A DNA stretch of 64,000 nucleotides from Octopus vulgaris (lineage: Eukaryota). The DNA lies in contig OX597817.1 in the NCBI GenBank assembly GCA_951406725.2, positions 32,178,001 to 32,242,000 on the forward strand, written 5' to 3'. Position numbers and translations under genes: made by a program. Below the pieces are notes generated by a model. It did not search any database. It saw only the letters and a program-made list of their open reading frames with translations, and was not told the DNA's origin. Shown here piece after piece: positions 39,331 to 54,640 of the stretch (its first letter is position 1; each line of letters starts with the position of its first letter).

Positions 39331-39777
39331 TGTACATATATATATATATGTACACATATCCGTCTTTCATTGTTACTATCTCAAGTAACGCTTGTAACAA
39401 CTTCTACTTCCATCTCTCTATATATATTTACCTGTCCATCTATCTTACTTATTTTTATGTCTATCTCTCTTGCATGTCATACGCCGGCGCCTCCACAATC
39501 ACAATAACAATAGGCAACTTCAGTTCTCAGTTTTTCCGAGCGAAACCCTTCAGAATTCCACCGGTTTCTTGTATGTATGTATGTATGTATGTATGTATGT
39601 ATGTATGTATGTATGTATGTATGTATGTATGTATGTATGCATGCATGCATGTATGTATGTATGTATGTATGTATGTATGTATGTATGTATGTATGTATGT
39701 ATGTATGTATGCATGTATGTATGCATGTATGTATGCATGTATGTATGCATGTATGTATATCACTAGCCACTACACAT

Positions 39778-39920
39778 TATTTTCTCTCCTTGTTTCTTTC
39801 TGTGTTCCTTTCTGTGAAAGAGCGTAAGCTCGAAACGTTAAAGACTTTTTCACTTCCCGAGCGTTAAACACTAATACATCTGTTTGTTGTCTACACCACC
39901 TGTCTTCGTGTTTTGTTTTG
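39778..39920 (+). mobile_element. Hammerhead-bearing repeat unit with degenerate core
   Basis: Homologue of 32040-32240. 39808-39843 reads CTTT-CTGTGAA-A-GAGC-GTAA-GCTC-GAAAC-GTT-AAAG. Confidence 0.7.
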
Positions 39921-39974
39921 TTTTTTGTGAATTCTCCCTATGCATGTATGTATGTATGTATGTATGTATGTATG

Positions 39975-40005
<31 letters not shown>

Positions 40006-40055
40006 GTAGGTAGGTAGGTAGGTAGGTAGGTAGGTAGGTAGGTAGGTAGGTAGGT

Positions 40056-40642
40056 ACAAAAACTGTTCGCCGGGAGCTGCACAAAACTAGATTTCACAGG
40101 AGGGCTTCAATCAGAAAACCGCTACTTTCAAAAACAAACGTTGCAAAGCGTTTAAAGTGGAATAAAAACCTACAGAATTGGTTCCTAGAGCAGTGGAAGA
40201 ATGTTATTATCTCGGACAAGCCATCCTTTACTCTATTTCCGACCACCTGCCGAGTATACGAGTGGAAAAAACCAAAAGAAGCGTTTTACCCAAACTGCTT
40301 TCTTCCAACTGTGTAAACATGGAGTAGGATCTGTGATAATCTGGAGGAGGGGGGGCTATATCTTGGAAATCCGCCGGCCCAATGGTTTCCCTTCATAGCA
40401 GAATTAATAGTCAATACTATTTAAGCATTTTATCAGATTAAATTCATCCTATGGTTGCGGAACTGTTTCTGGAGGGAAACGCAATCTTTCAGGATGATGA
40501 TGCACCAATTCACACAGCTAAAGTTGTTACTGAATGGTACGAAGAACATTCTAGGGAAGTTGAACATCTTATCTGTCCACCACAGTCCCCAGATCTCAAT
40601 ATTATTGAACATTTATGGTACATTTTAGAAAAACAAGTAAGG
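40056..40642 (+). pseudogene. Tc1-family transposase fragment (DD36E spacing)
   Basis: TVRRELH...RKPLLS...RLKW...WKNVIISD, HGVGSVIIW, FQDDDAPIH...PPQSPDLNIIEHLW; contains in-frame stops. Confidence 0.88.
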
Positions 40643-42182
40643 TAATGCAAGTGATGCATTGCCTAACGCACGAGAATCCTAAAAGACTTGATCGTGCCAG
40701 GGAGTATCCTGAACTCCAGGACGGAGATTTTCGGGCCATGCTTGCATTTTAAGATTCCCGCTGGCTTTTTTGAATCTGCAAGGCGACGCTACAGCTGGAA
40801 GCCAGTAGCCAAAACCGAAGAGAGACAATCGTTTACCTTCGTGGTTTTTTGGTGACCGCAAGTTGGCGGCGCGGTCGAAGCTCGATGACCAATGGCAAAG
40901 AGAGATAGTCACCAAGCGTTTACTTTTATAGAGAGACATTCCCCCTCCATATTATATGTATGTATGTAGGTAGGTAGGTAGGTGTGTGTGTGTTTGTGTG
41001 TGTGTGTGTGTATGAATTTTTTTCAGTTTTATTCAAGTTCCTCAGGCGGTCACATAACAAAGCGACAAAACTCGAGTTAAGAGAATTCCCAGTGTAAAAA
41101 TGTGATGGAGTTGATGTGTTGGCCGAATTGTAGATGCAGACGTCGATGTAAAAAAAAATTCTTAAATGGATAATCTTTGGAATGTCTTAGAAATCTTCAC
41201 AGTGCTGCTAACAGATTGGATTTGAAGCATCTACATACTGCTCTTTCTTTGAAAAACCTAGAATTTCTACGTATTTATGTATATTTGTATGACTTTATAA
41301 ATACACACACACACGCACACACACACACACACACACATACATACACACATAATACATACATACATACATACATACATACATACATACATACATACATACA
41401 TACATACATACATACATACATACATACATACATACATACATACATTGAAACCATGCGGTTATAACTTGACTTCATGTGGTTGTGAAATGAACTTCATCTC
41501 TACACAATCAAGTCTGGCGCCTAAACACACACACGACACATAGAAACGACACACAAACACATCTCAGATATACGCAATATATACAACCATATTGAATTTG
41601 TGGTAAATACCATAATCATACTTTAATAGAAGAAAATATTTAAATACAAGATTTAATAATCTTACAAAATAATCATTTGCAAGTTTCTTTGATGAAATAT
41701 CTGTATGATGTTTTGATATGGGGGCGAAATGTGGGGACGGTGTGAAATCAAGTGAAATGATGTGCAGTGACTCAAAAGGAGTGGCTAATTCTTTGAGTAG
41801 CGTGGTGAGCTTTATATTCTCTGCAATCTGGCAGAAATTCATAGTGGTGACTATTAGAAATATGCACAGACTAATGTAATTAGTAACGTTGAATTTTTGG
41901 ATGAGATTTTCGCTGAAGCTTATTTTCTGAAAGGTCCTGTCGTGCTTCAAACGAAGGAAAAAAGAGCATGCATGAAATCTAAGACGTGTTACATGTGGGC
42001 ACGCGATATTTAAAAAATATGTTAAGACTATTTTTTCCCCCGAGTTATTTGGTGCGTTGGCCGATAGTCTTACTGCATTTCTTATTTTTCAAATATCTCT
42101 TTTGAATTAGATGCTATCTAAAAATTTCCGGCGCCTTTTGAGTAATCGATACGAACTTATACGAGCACACGTTTAAATCAAA

Positions 42183-43316
<1,134 letters not shown>

Positions 43317-43419
43317 TTAGAGATATTAATACATTCATCCTCCTACTTTTATTTTTCTGCACTTTAGGCAAAAACGTATTACACGTCAGGACACTCAGGT
43401 ACAAAATAAAGCATATACA

Positions 43420-43607
43420 GACTGTGTGCTTAAGAAGACTCTTTCCAACCACGTGGTTTTGGGTTCAGCTCAATTGCGTGGAACCTTGGACAAGTGTCTT
43501 CTAATATATCACCTCACCGTATTTAGAAGACACTTGCCCAAGGTTCCACGCAGTTGAGCTGAACCCAGAACCACGTGGTTGGAAAGAGGCTTCTTAACCA
43601 CACAGTC
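43420..43607. repeat. Inverted duplication of a CORE-SINE 5' half (85-bp arms)
   Basis: 43420-43504 is the reverse complement of 43523-43607. It is followed by a short tandem repeat of CTTGATCAGAGTGATCAAAGGTCT (about 43636-43712). Confidence 0.85.
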
Positions 43608-43794
43608 ACGCTATGGCTCAAATGGCTGGAAAGCCTTTGATCAAAGATCTGCTTGATCAGAGTGATCAAAGGTCTCCTTGATCAGAGTGATCAAAGGTCT
43701 GCTTGATCAGAGTAGGCCTGGGTTTCAGCATTAACAACAAGAACTTGTTAACGAACAGTTCTATTCGTTTGTTTGTTTTTTTCTTCTGAATATA

Positions 43795-44203
43795 TACTCT
43801 TTTACTCTTTTACTTGTTTCAGTCATTTGACTGCGGCCATGCTGGAGCACCGCCTTTAGTCGAGCAAATCGACCCCGGGACTTATTCTTTTGTAAGCCCA
43901 GTACTTATTCTATCGGTCTCTTTTGCCGAACCGCTAAGTGACGGGGACGTAAACACACCAGCATCGGTTGTCAAGCAATGCTAGGGGGGACAAACACAGA
44001 CACACAAACACACACACACTTATATATATATACATATATACGACAGGCTTCTTTCAGTTTCCGTCTACCAAATCCACTCACAAGGCATTGGTCGGCCCGG
44101 GGCTATAGCAGAAGACACTTTCCCAAGATGCCACGCAGTGGGACTGAACCCGGAACCATGTGGTTGGTTAGCAAGCTACTTACCACACAGCCACTCCTGC
44201 GCC
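43795..44203 (-). mobile_element. CORE-type SINE, full length
   Basis: Near-identical to 12627-13018. Confidence 0.92.
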
Positions 44204-44734
44204 TATTATATATATTTATATAAAAGAAGGCGTAGTGCGACACAAGACAACGAGATAAGACGAGTTCATTTTTTATGAAACTTGGCTTATAACATAGCTA
44301 ACACGTCACACTCCATCTGTATGAATTGAACTAATCGCATAACACGTGATAATAAACTGACATAAGATCTAAAAATTATCTAAAAACTATTTTATTACTA
44401 TGTCGTAAAGCTATGTAAAATGTGAAAGAAATTATGTTATGTATGATGAAAACTTTACACTGCACTACATCAACCAGAATTTATCAACACCCGGTTTTTA
44501 TGGTGCAATCTAGATTTTCGTTATGGATTCTTTTTACGTTTTTTTTTTTACGTATTTTCTACCGTTTTGTGACATAAATATTTTAAACAATTTAATAGTG
44601 TAGTTGATAAGAACATGAATATCTTGTTTTATAGCATTTTAAACACTCGTTCAAAGAAACATACATACCCACTACCAAATCGTTTTCCGGTTTTGTACCC
44701 TCTCTTTGGTTTAACTACAAAAGTACAGCTGGGT

Positions 44735-44816
<82 letters not shown>

Positions 44817-45743
44817 TTCGTTATTTTCCGCTACTGATGACTTTCAAAACCCGCTGTAGAGGGCTTAGTAACCAAATATTAAATTGTTTGAAAAGTCACA
44901 AAGTGGATTGTAAGTTATAACCCTTCAATGTTGTTTTCAGGTTGTTTTTGCTGCATTAAGGATCAAATCGTACTTATTCCTGCAAGAAGCATTGGAAAGC
45001 TAACTATAAATATTTATGCGCCGAGAAAAATATTAGTAAATGAATGTGAAGGATTAATATTATTTTTAATTTCCTGGTAAATATGGGAGGCAACTTTCAA
45101 CAGGTTTCCGGCTACTTCTGACCTCTTCAACGCAGCATGGCCTTCATTATACTTGATGAAGAAATGATGAAGTAATCATTGAATAAAAATAGGGAGCAGT
45201 ACATTTATTGCTAAAGAAAATGAATATTTAAAAATTAAATAATACAGTCGTGACATAAAAAATTTTTAAGTTATAAGTTAGTGTTTGCACATATAAAGCA
45301 GAGAGCCTTAAATAGTTAAGTAGATATAAAAATGTGCTGTGGGGAAGAAGAAACAACATCAGTTAATGACTAATATAATTTTCAATTTTCTAGCAAGTAT
45401 AAAAGACAACTTTTGACATGTTTCGATAATATTCTGACCTCCTCCAACAAAGTCATAGTCTTCTTTAGGGCATTTTCAAAAATGTGCATTAGAATATACC
45501 GTGGATCATAATCATGAAAATAACTTTCAAATAATATTCAAATCTATCTTATACTATCTTTCACTCTTTTTCCATCTGTCTCTCGCTTATTTTTCTCACT
45601 CATCTATTGTTTTATTTTCCTTTCTCTTTCTTCTCTTTTCTTTTTTCTTTCACATTCTCACAGTTCGTGATTACTGAAGTAAAGATCGTTTCAATCCTGA
45701 TGAGAATAAGTTTTACATGAAACATATTGAAGGAAGTTTCAAA

Positions 45744-45826
<83 letters not shown>

Positions 45827-46314
45827 CGTCTACCTACCTATTTATCTAGCTTTATGTTTAAAAAAAAAATGGGTGAATGTAGCAAGGAGAGCACATATGA
45901 ATGACGAAGCCACCTTGAGCATAATCTTATGAACCCGGAAAAATTTTAAAAAGAGAGTTACTTACTGGCAAATAAATGCGTTAACTTCTGACATTATTGA
46001 CCGAGGTTACCGTGGTCTTTTCCGTAGGCTTTTCCCTCCACGGATAAACCTTATCTGATTCCCCCTTTACACTTTACATCATGACATTTCTGTAATACAA
46101 GATCTCTATTGATCCTTTTTTTCGTTTTTTTCTCTTTCCTTTTTACGATCCCTTTTGATCGAAAACCTACCCCACTTTTCTTTCTTTTCTTTTTTTCTCT
46201 CCCCAAAAAGAAAAGCTTTACTTTGTAATTTGTCCCGTCTGTGTTCAGCCCTGTATGGCTAATAAAGAAAAATATCTTTGTTCATGTGCGCGGGCATGTA
46301 TTTTTGTATTTACC

Positions 46315-46400
46315 TCACTTTCAAATCTCAAATCACACTCAGATCAGTAAACTTATTTCTCTATATTACACACAAACACACACAAACACACACACACATT

Positions 46401-46450
<50 letters not shown>

Positions 46451-46849
46451 TTTACAGATGTTATCAGTTTTCTATACTAATCTCACATTGTATGTTGGCA
46501 GAGCAATATATATGTATATATATAATTGGATGAAGTACGAATAAAGTTAGTCATCTTGCTGCTAAAGCCATTGAAAAAATGATCTTTAATGTGTGTATGT
46601 ATATACAAATATTTATGTAACCTAGGAGGGTTTTTCTTCTATTTTTCATTTCGTAAGGACGTCCTTGGGTGAAATAATATTTCTGTTCTGCCTAAAATCG
46701 ACCTTCCTATTCTTCTATAATATCCGATTGTTTTTTTTGTTTTTTTTTTATTCACTTTATATTCACTTTCAAATCTCAAATCACACTGACATCAGTAAAC
46801 TTATTTCTCTATATTACACACATACACACAAACACACACACACACATAT

Positions 46850-46932
<83 letters not shown>

Positions 46933-46981
46933 TACACACACACACAGTTTTATAGATGTTATCAGTTTTCTATACTAATCT
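46315..46981. repeat. Local direct duplication around a (CA)n tract
   Basis: TCACTTTCAAATCTCAAATCACAC...(CA)n...GATGTTATCAGTTTTCTATACTAATCT at 46315-46483 and 46763-46981. Confidence 0.85.
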
Positions 46982-47603
46982 ATTGGCTAAATGGCAAAAT
47001 GACCATTCTGAATTATTATAAATTTTTTTTGTTTTTTTTTTAATTATTATTTTTTTATTCCGTTTCTCAAAATAAATAAGGATAGTGTGTGACGGACGAA
47101 AAGACAAATGGACGGGTGGAGCAGAGAAACACGGATTTCATTATGATATGGATAGGGAAATTTATTGGAAGCAACTTTCAGCACAGCACTCTTTATTTTA
47201 ATTATTGAAATTCACATCGTTGTCCACATTAAATTCTTTCTTTTAGCTCTGTGGTCAACTTTACCGTTCATCTTTAGGAACTTAATGAAATACAGTGCTA
47301 CAAGAGGGCGGTGAATTGGTGGAATTGTTTGAGTATTGCGGTATTTGTTCTGGTCCTTTGTGGTCTGAATTTTGTGGCGGTGGTCAATTACCTAATTAAA
47401 GGATAACTTCATCTATTCTCTCCCCACCAGTCTCGGAACTCGAGAAGAACTGGAAAAAGTGTGCTGCATTTCTCTCTGACTGAACTGTATGCATATATAC
47501 ATACGTGAGTGTGTGTATTCGTGTGTGTGTACAACATATAAATATATATATATATACACACGCAGACACACGAATACACACACATATATGTGTGTATATG
47601 TAT

Positions 47604-47670
<67 letters not shown>

Positions 47671-47689
47671 AACGGGCAGACAGACAGAT

Positions 47690-48360
47690 TGATAGATAGG
47701 TAGATGGATAGATAGATAGATAGATAGAAGGATAGATAGATAGATAGATAGATAGGTAGGTAGGTAGGTAGGTAGGTAGGTAGGTAGGTAGGTAGGTATG
47801 TATGTATGTATGTATGTATGTATGTATGTATGTATGTATGTTATTGTTCAGTTTATTTCAAGATTTCTTGCCAATAGAGAAAGAGCCGGTTTCTAACCAA
47901 GATCCAAGCCTCCTTCATTGGAATTTCAACATCAACAACAGGGTATTTTTGTTTGTATGTATGCATGTATGTATGTATGTACGTACGTATGTATGTATGT
48001 ATGTATGTATGTATGTATGTATGTATGTATGTATGTACGTATGTACGTACGTATGTATGAATGTATGTTTGTATGTATGTATGTATGTATGTATGTACGT
48101 ATGTATGTATGTATGTATGTATGTATGTATGTATGTATGTGTATGTATGTATGTATGTATGTATGTACGTATGTATGTATGTATGTATGTATGTACGTAT
48201 GTATGTATGTGCGTATGTATGTATGTATGTATGTATGTATGTATGTATGTATGTATGTATGTGCGTACGTATGTATGTATGTATGTATGTATGTATGTAT
48301 GTATGTATGTATGTATGTATGTATGTATGTATGTGTATGTGTGTATGCATTCATGCATGT
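47690..48360. repeat. (GATA)/(GGTA)/(TATG)n microsatellites with an embedded short repeat (47841-47945)
   Basis: Direct tandem repeats. Confidence 0.92.
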
Positions 48361-49024
48361 ATGTATTATGTGCGTATAGCAACAACAGTCAAGAGATGTT
48401 GCTAAAGATGTAATAATAGAAATGGCACGCAGACAATAATTTACCTACAACAACGTAAGAGGTAATGTATCGTTAAGCTACCAACATATAATGTTTTGTT
48501 TGAAATACAGTAAAAAGATTGGTGCCAACATATAACTTGTGTCTTAAATTTGTTTTAGAAACTTAAGTAAAATTAATGTGAATTGTTGAAAAGTTTTGTT
48601 TGCCTTTGTTCGCCTTTGTTTTCGTTCATTTCTTTTCTTCTTTTCCGTGTAATACTGTAACTGAACCACACCATATTAGATGGAAACTTTTGCGTTTATT
48701 ACCAAAGTTGTAAAATAGAAGTATTATTCAATTTCCGCAGTAAAGGATAATATTTTACTTATTCTGTCAAAATAAAACTGAAATGTGGTTATATTTGGTA
48801 AGAAAGACTCATTTAGCAATCCATTTAATATACTTTGTTTACAGAGTTTCGTCTGAGTTAACAAAAACCCCGTTTAAAATGTTACATAATATCATTTTGA
48901 ATTACACTGGATTTAATGCTACCGTTACATGTAACATTTCATTATGATGTCATGTTATTTGTCGAGTAAACTGCGCCATGCTAGAAATATATATTCTGTA
49001 CAGATTCAGCCTAAAATGAATATA

Positions 49025-49195
49025 GGCGCAGGAGTGGCTGTGTGGTATGTAGCTTGTTTACCAGCCACATGGTTCCCGGTTCAATCCCACTGCGTGGCAC
49101 TTTGGCCAAGTGTCTTCTACTATAGCCTCGGGCCCACCAAAGCTTTGTGAATGGATTTGGTAGACGGAAACTAAAAGAAGCCCGTAGTATATATG

Positions 49196-49239
<44 letters not shown>

Positions 49240-49443
49240 TGTGTCTGTGTTTGTCCCCCCAACATCGCTTGACAACCAACGCTGTGTGTTTACGTCCCCG
49301 TAACTTAGCGGTTCGGCAAAAGACACCGATAGAATAAGTACTAGGCTTACAAAGAATAAGTCCTGGGGTCGATTTGCTCGACTAAAAATGTGTTGCTCCA
49401 GCATGGCCGCTGTCAAGATGGCTGAAACAAGTAAAAGAATAAA
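49025..49443 (+). mobile_element. CORE-type SINE, full length
   Basis: GGCGCAGGAGTGGCTGTGTGG head through GCTGAAACAAGTAAAAG tail. Confidence 0.92.
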
Positions 49444-50043
49444 AAAAAAGAATAATAACATGAACGCTTCCCTTCACTGCTCTCTTCCCCTCAGTGGACT
49501 GTTTATTGTACACTGGGATTAAGTTTATTTACGGCCCTACCGTTAATGTGGTACCAAAAAGTAAACGCTTCCATCAATTTCAAATGAAATTTGAAATTAT
49601 GTTAAATTCGGTGCCCCACAACTAGTAAAGTAAAACGTTATAATATCCTAGATAAAAAGGCAATATTTTATAATCGTTATATTTTATAGAAACGAATGTT
49701 TTTGAATTCTCTCAAAATATAAGAAATTGATGATAAATCATTTTAACAAAATCAGTCATAGATTTCATTAAACGCATTGATAATAATTTGAAACATGACA
49801 GCGTGTTTTGTCTTCAAGGTAAATCGGGTTTGTTACTTCTAACATGTCTTCATGACAATGTGGCTGAGTTTTCGTGAAATACCGCATAAAAATAAAAATC
49901 TAAATATTCAAATTCTTTCTAATGTTAGCAGAATACCAGCAATTTTAGTGGTCGAGTTAAGAGGATTGCATCGACCCCAATGTACAAATGGTATTTATAT
50001 TATCGACCCCAAAATAATGAAAGGCAAAAATCGACCTCGTCTG

Positions 50044-50400
50044 CGGCTGTGTGGTAAGTAGCTTGCTTAACAACCATATGATTCTGGGTTCAGTCCCACT
50101 GCGTGGCACCTTGGGCAAGTGTCTTCTACTATAGCCTCGGGCCGACCAAAGCATTGTGAGTGGATTTGGTAGACGGAAACTGAAATAAACCCGTCGTGTG
50201 TGTGTGTGTGTTCCCCAACATCACTTGACAACCGATGTTGGTGTGTTTATATCCTGTAACTTAACGATTCGACAAAAGAGACCGATAGAATAAGTACTAG
50301 ACTTACAAAGAATAAGTCCTGGGGTCGATTTGCTCGACTAAAGGCAGTGCTCCAGTATGGCCGCAGTCAAATGACTGAAACAAGTAAAAGAATAAAAGAA
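50044..50400 (+). mobile_element. CORE-type SINE joined to a partial minus-strand Meta SINE (about 49915-50040)
   Basis: Homology to the other copies in this window. Confidence 0.88.
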
Positions 50401-50484
50401 TATTGTTTCACTGTCTCACATAACGTCACATATTTTTCAACTTCTTTCTGGAAAATATGATTTAATATTGAAGTAAAAATGGGT

Positions 50485-50684
50485 TTCAAATTTTGGAACA
50501 AGGCCAGAAATTTCGGGGGAAGGGGTCAGTCGATTAAGCCAACTCTAGTACTAATTTTATCGCCCCTGCAACGATAAAAGGTAAAGTCAACCTTTGTGGA
50601 ATTTGAACTCAGAACGTAATGACGGACGAAATGCAACTGAGCATTTTGCCCGGCGTACTAAGGACTCTGCCAGCTCGCCGCCTT
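50485..50684 (-). mobile_element. Meta-type SINE (diverged)
   Basis: GGAATTTGAACTCAGAACGTAA...CTGCCAGCTCGCCGCC. Confidence 0.8.
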
Positions 50685-50894
50685 GTATTGAAGTGCATAT
50701 CAAATTTGTTTTCATATTTCGGACTTCAATATCATTTATATTCTGTATTGATTTTGTTTACTCTACAAAAACTGATATTAATGCTAAACAAAATTATCTT
50801 TTTATAAATTTCAGTCCTTGTATAACAAGTCAGTATTTGGATCAAGCATTCAGTCAGTGATTAAAGGATTAATAGAATGATAGACCCAAGAAGA

Positions 50895-50944
<50 letters not shown>

Positions 50945-51099
50945 CAGTCAAATTGTGGAAGGCACTGCGTATCAAGAAAACAGCTATTGAGATTCAGGAC
51001 ATTCAGCGTAGAAGGGTAGCAGTAGTCCGGACAAGTCGACCGTCCGGACGAATGGACAGACAGAAAGACAGACAGACGAGCACGGACGAACGAAAGGAT

Positions 51100-51315
51100 C
51101 GATGGATAAATGGATGGATGGATGGATGGATGGATGGATGGATGGATGGATGGATGGATGGACGGACGGATGGATGGATGGATGGATGGATGGATGGACG
51201 GACTGATGGATGAATGGATGAATAGATGGATGGATGGATGGATGGATGGATGGATGGATGGATGGATGGATGGATGGATGGACGGACTGATGGATGGATG
51301 GAAGGTTGGATGGAA
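51100..51315. repeat. (GGAT)n microsatellite
   Basis: Direct tandem repeat. Confidence 0.95.
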
Positions 51316-52600
51316 GGAAGAACACACTAGACTAATCATAAATGTTTTTCCGATGATGATTTGACTGAAATCCGGGTGGAGTTTCCTCGGTTGTACTTAA
51401 CAGCTTTAGTAATTCAAACAGAAGCAGAAATAGACTAAGACTGTAAGAAGATGCATTTAAAGTATCACTAATACATTCAATTATAAAGATAACCATCAGA
51501 AATCCAATGGAGTGGAACAACTAGAAGATATTCCTCTTTGAAGCACCCCTGTTTGCTCTACATTAAACTTGTTACTTATAATGATATTGATGGATTAATG
51601 GTAGATTCTCACTTTCAACCAATAGAAAACAGAAAGGTCCAACACAAATTTGTATTTCATATTCTCACAAATGCCTAATCCTCTGCATCATCCACCTGGT
51701 TGCATAAAAGTTAACCTATGCAAGAAATATATAGTATGTTACCCATTAAGTTAAAATGCGTGCGTTTACGTGACTCCTCGGCCTATAAAAAATAGCAGCC
51801 AAATACCTCTGAAATTACACCTTAGAGGTCTAGAGAAGAATACAGAATAATGCGGTTGTGGTGCTGTGTGCCTGGGTAAAACGCAACAATTCCATGCTTA
51901 AATTGTCTTTGGCCGGAAGTAAAAAAGACTCAATTTCTGAAGTATAAATTTTAAAATGGACTCGTTCATTGAATGTTAGTGTTTGAATATGCCATAGATA
52001 CTTGTACCCTTAATGTAATTGTCAGATGAAATCATCATGACACAGTATAACAGGGTTGAATCTTATATTATTGGTACAATCCATCGGACAGGATTCCATA
52101 CAGTTTTTGTCAACCCAAATTCATTCGTGAAACGTGGTTCGACTCGAAGCTACGGTAACAAGATGCCAATATTTTACCGTGGCATCGAAGCCGGGATTTT
52201 GTGAGCTTCTTGATGATTCAGGCCATTGCATCCATACTCAAGAGAATAGTTACGTATAAAATAACTAACGTGAATTATCAATTCTAATTGCGATTTGCTG
52301 CATAACTTGGTTTCAAATTCTGTTTTCCAATTTATTTGGTCTAAGACAAATCAAGTTAGATTTCCTTAATACGAATGTCTCAAGAAATTTTATTCATTTT
52401 AATGGTTGATAGTTGTGTATGTGTCTTTGTACACGTGATGATCTGTAACATGCTAACCAGCAATTTTCCTACGCGATATTTTAAGATGGTATATATTTGA
52501 ATTTCCTCCAAATATAAATAAATGAGAATTATTTGTATAAAACAATCCGCTATAACAATATACATACATACATACATACATACATACATACATACATACA

Positions 52601-52631
<31 letters not shown>

Positions 52632-52949
52632 TTGCGCTTCTTATTCTTTGAAACATTATGACGTATTTATGCAAAATCGTCTGTCTTTGTTTTGTTGTCA
52701 TGGTTACTTGTGATATGTATTCATGACAACAATATGTTTTATATTTTTCTTAATTCTGCTGTTTCATAAAATACGACAGAAGAATAATATTACGCTATCT
52801 AAATATAAAAATTTTTAAATAAATAATTCTATGTTATTTATATACTTTCTACGTACGTGTTTCTGTAAATATGATTTGTTTGATACTTAAGTAAATATTT
52901 ACATATATGGGATCATATGCGCTGTGGTTATATATGATCAGACTCCAAA

Positions 52950-53705
52950 GAGCCTGGTCTTGGTCTACGTCGGCAAGACTTGTATTATTTAGTAAAATTG
53001 ACACAAAGACTACAGTGAACTTGCTGCGGAGATTGGAAAATCCAACGCTTAGGACAGAGCCTTCTTCAGAGAAGTATTGACAGAGGACAGATTAATAAGA
53101 CACAACAGAGTTTTGGGATCTTTTCACTTTGACCGGCAGATTTAAAAAATATTTTTTTGTATACTGGTAGAATGTGTCACATAAAACATCTTTTTCTCTT
53201 GGCGTTCTTGAGAAAATTCTGTAGTTTGTAAGGTATTTGTTGTTAAATTTCTCCTATTTCGGCAATTTCAACCAATCAATGACATCTATTGAGGTGAATA
53301 CAATTACTGCTATTGTTTGTCAACAAGAAGTTCGGTCGGTGTATATTAAATATGTAGTTAATTCATTTTATAACAGCAGATTTAATTATTTTTTAAATCA
53401 GCCGGTCAAAGTGAAAAGATCCGAGTTTTGCAGCCTCTAAGTTAGAAAAATTGAGTACGACTGATAAGGAATGCAGGACCACAGAAGCTTCATATGTGAA
53501 GAGGAAATAGTAGAAGAGAGAATCGGAGTGAGAGGATAAGAAATAAAGGAGAATGAAGTGAGGAGAAGTGGGCGATGTCGAGTGTGGTGAAGAGTGAGGT
53601 GATGAGTTGAGAGAGGAGTTGAAGGATAAGAAAGGAGAGGTGTAGGAGGAGAAGGTAAAGCGTTTATCTAAACCTGGCATGGACAATGGTACCAAGTTCG
53701 ACAAT
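52950..53705 (-). mobile_element. Probable PLE 3' remnant interrupted by a small inverted-repeat element (53116-53422)
   Basis: Minus strand ELGT..PGLDKRFTF resembles the PLE endonuclease C-terminus LGTL.P.GLN. Pyrimidine-rich UTR and degenerate CTGAAGAAGGC hammerhead half near 53068. Inverted repeats of about 36 bp, GGATCTTTTCACTTTGACCGGC. Confidence 0.45.
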
Positions 53706-53729
53706 GAAATATTGTTCCTTTATATGAAA

Positions 53730-54128
53730 CTAGCAGTATCGCCCGGCGTTGCTCGGGTTTGAAGGGAAATAACTATATAAGCATTTTTAGAGTTATAGCC
53801 AAAAAATAGCAAAAAAATGCATTAAAAATGGAAAAAAAATTAAGGTAAATTTATTTTTAAATCGTTGTTTCATCGTAGACATTTTTAGAGAGTTACTTCC
53901 CTGTATATAATAGCGACAAAAAATGCATTAAAATGAAAAAAAATGATGGTAATTTTTTTTTTTTAATCGTAGACTCATCGTAGACGCGCGCTAATACCCA
54001 GAAGGGCTCGATATGAATCACGACTATAAGATACCCGGTTTTGGTTAAACTGCACTGCAAAATGTGGGAGTAGTTAGGAATCTAAATCGTAGGAGACAGA
54101 CACACAACTTGACTTTTATATATAAAGA
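53730..54128 (-). mobile_element. Non-autonomous Helitron
   Basis: Minus strand A|TCTTTATATA...CCCGAGCAACGCCGGGCGATACTGCTAG|T; 3' part shared with 36833 and 38152. Confidence 0.85.
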
Positions 54129-54129
54129 T

Positions 54130-54640
54130 TTCATTTGTTTTAGCTTAGCTTCCCAATATCTTGAGGACGTACTATCAAAGTGGACATTGGTACATCAGTG
54201 AGTTCTTGAGCTGAAGGAGAAATAAACCATGGGATGACATGATCCTCCTTGTGGGGGAACTGTTGATTTGTTCGTTGAAGATGCCATCCAATGTGACAAA
54301 AGTAGAATAATTTCAGACAGATTTCCAATACCGGGAGCCTTTTCCTCATCATCTGCTACGAACCTCTTCAACCTAAAATTGCGTATTTTCATTGCCCTTC
54401 GCTTACGTGATCAAATCGTGATTCTTTCCGGTGCGAATGCAGTAGTCATAGACAACCGTAAATAACATTTCTTGGCTTGCTGAATTAATGGGGATAGACT
54501 GCCAGAACACGCGGTGGTCGGCAATATAATTAAATGCGCCCTGTCCAAATCTAGAGTTTCCAGCATTCTCGAACCAGTTGGTCTTGACTGTGGTGACGAT
54601 CAGTATAACATCTTTTCTTTAGAAACAAGGCAAGTGTAAT
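54130..54640 (+). mobile_element. CRE-like non-LTR retrotransposon remnant (Zn-knuckle/REL endonuclease region)
   Basis: Frameshifted LRIFIALRL...FRCEC...RLPEHAVVGNIIKCAL...SILEPVGLDCGD matches the recalled 'LRLG..C.CG..RH..LN.II.RAL..S.LEP.GL..DG' pattern. Confidence 0.5.

Noticed and set aside
40679-40945. GC-richer segment with TGGTGACC resembling an LTR primer-binding site
   Set aside because: No adjacent TG..CA LTR or gag/pol sequence was found.
41564-41950. 128-aa minus-strand ORF
   Set aside because: No recognisable domain, non-ATG start and AT-rich composition; no splice evidence.
49025-49100. tRNA gene
   Set aside because: The A/B-box-containing sequence is the head of a multi-copy SINE and continues into the CORE domain; no proper cloverleaf.
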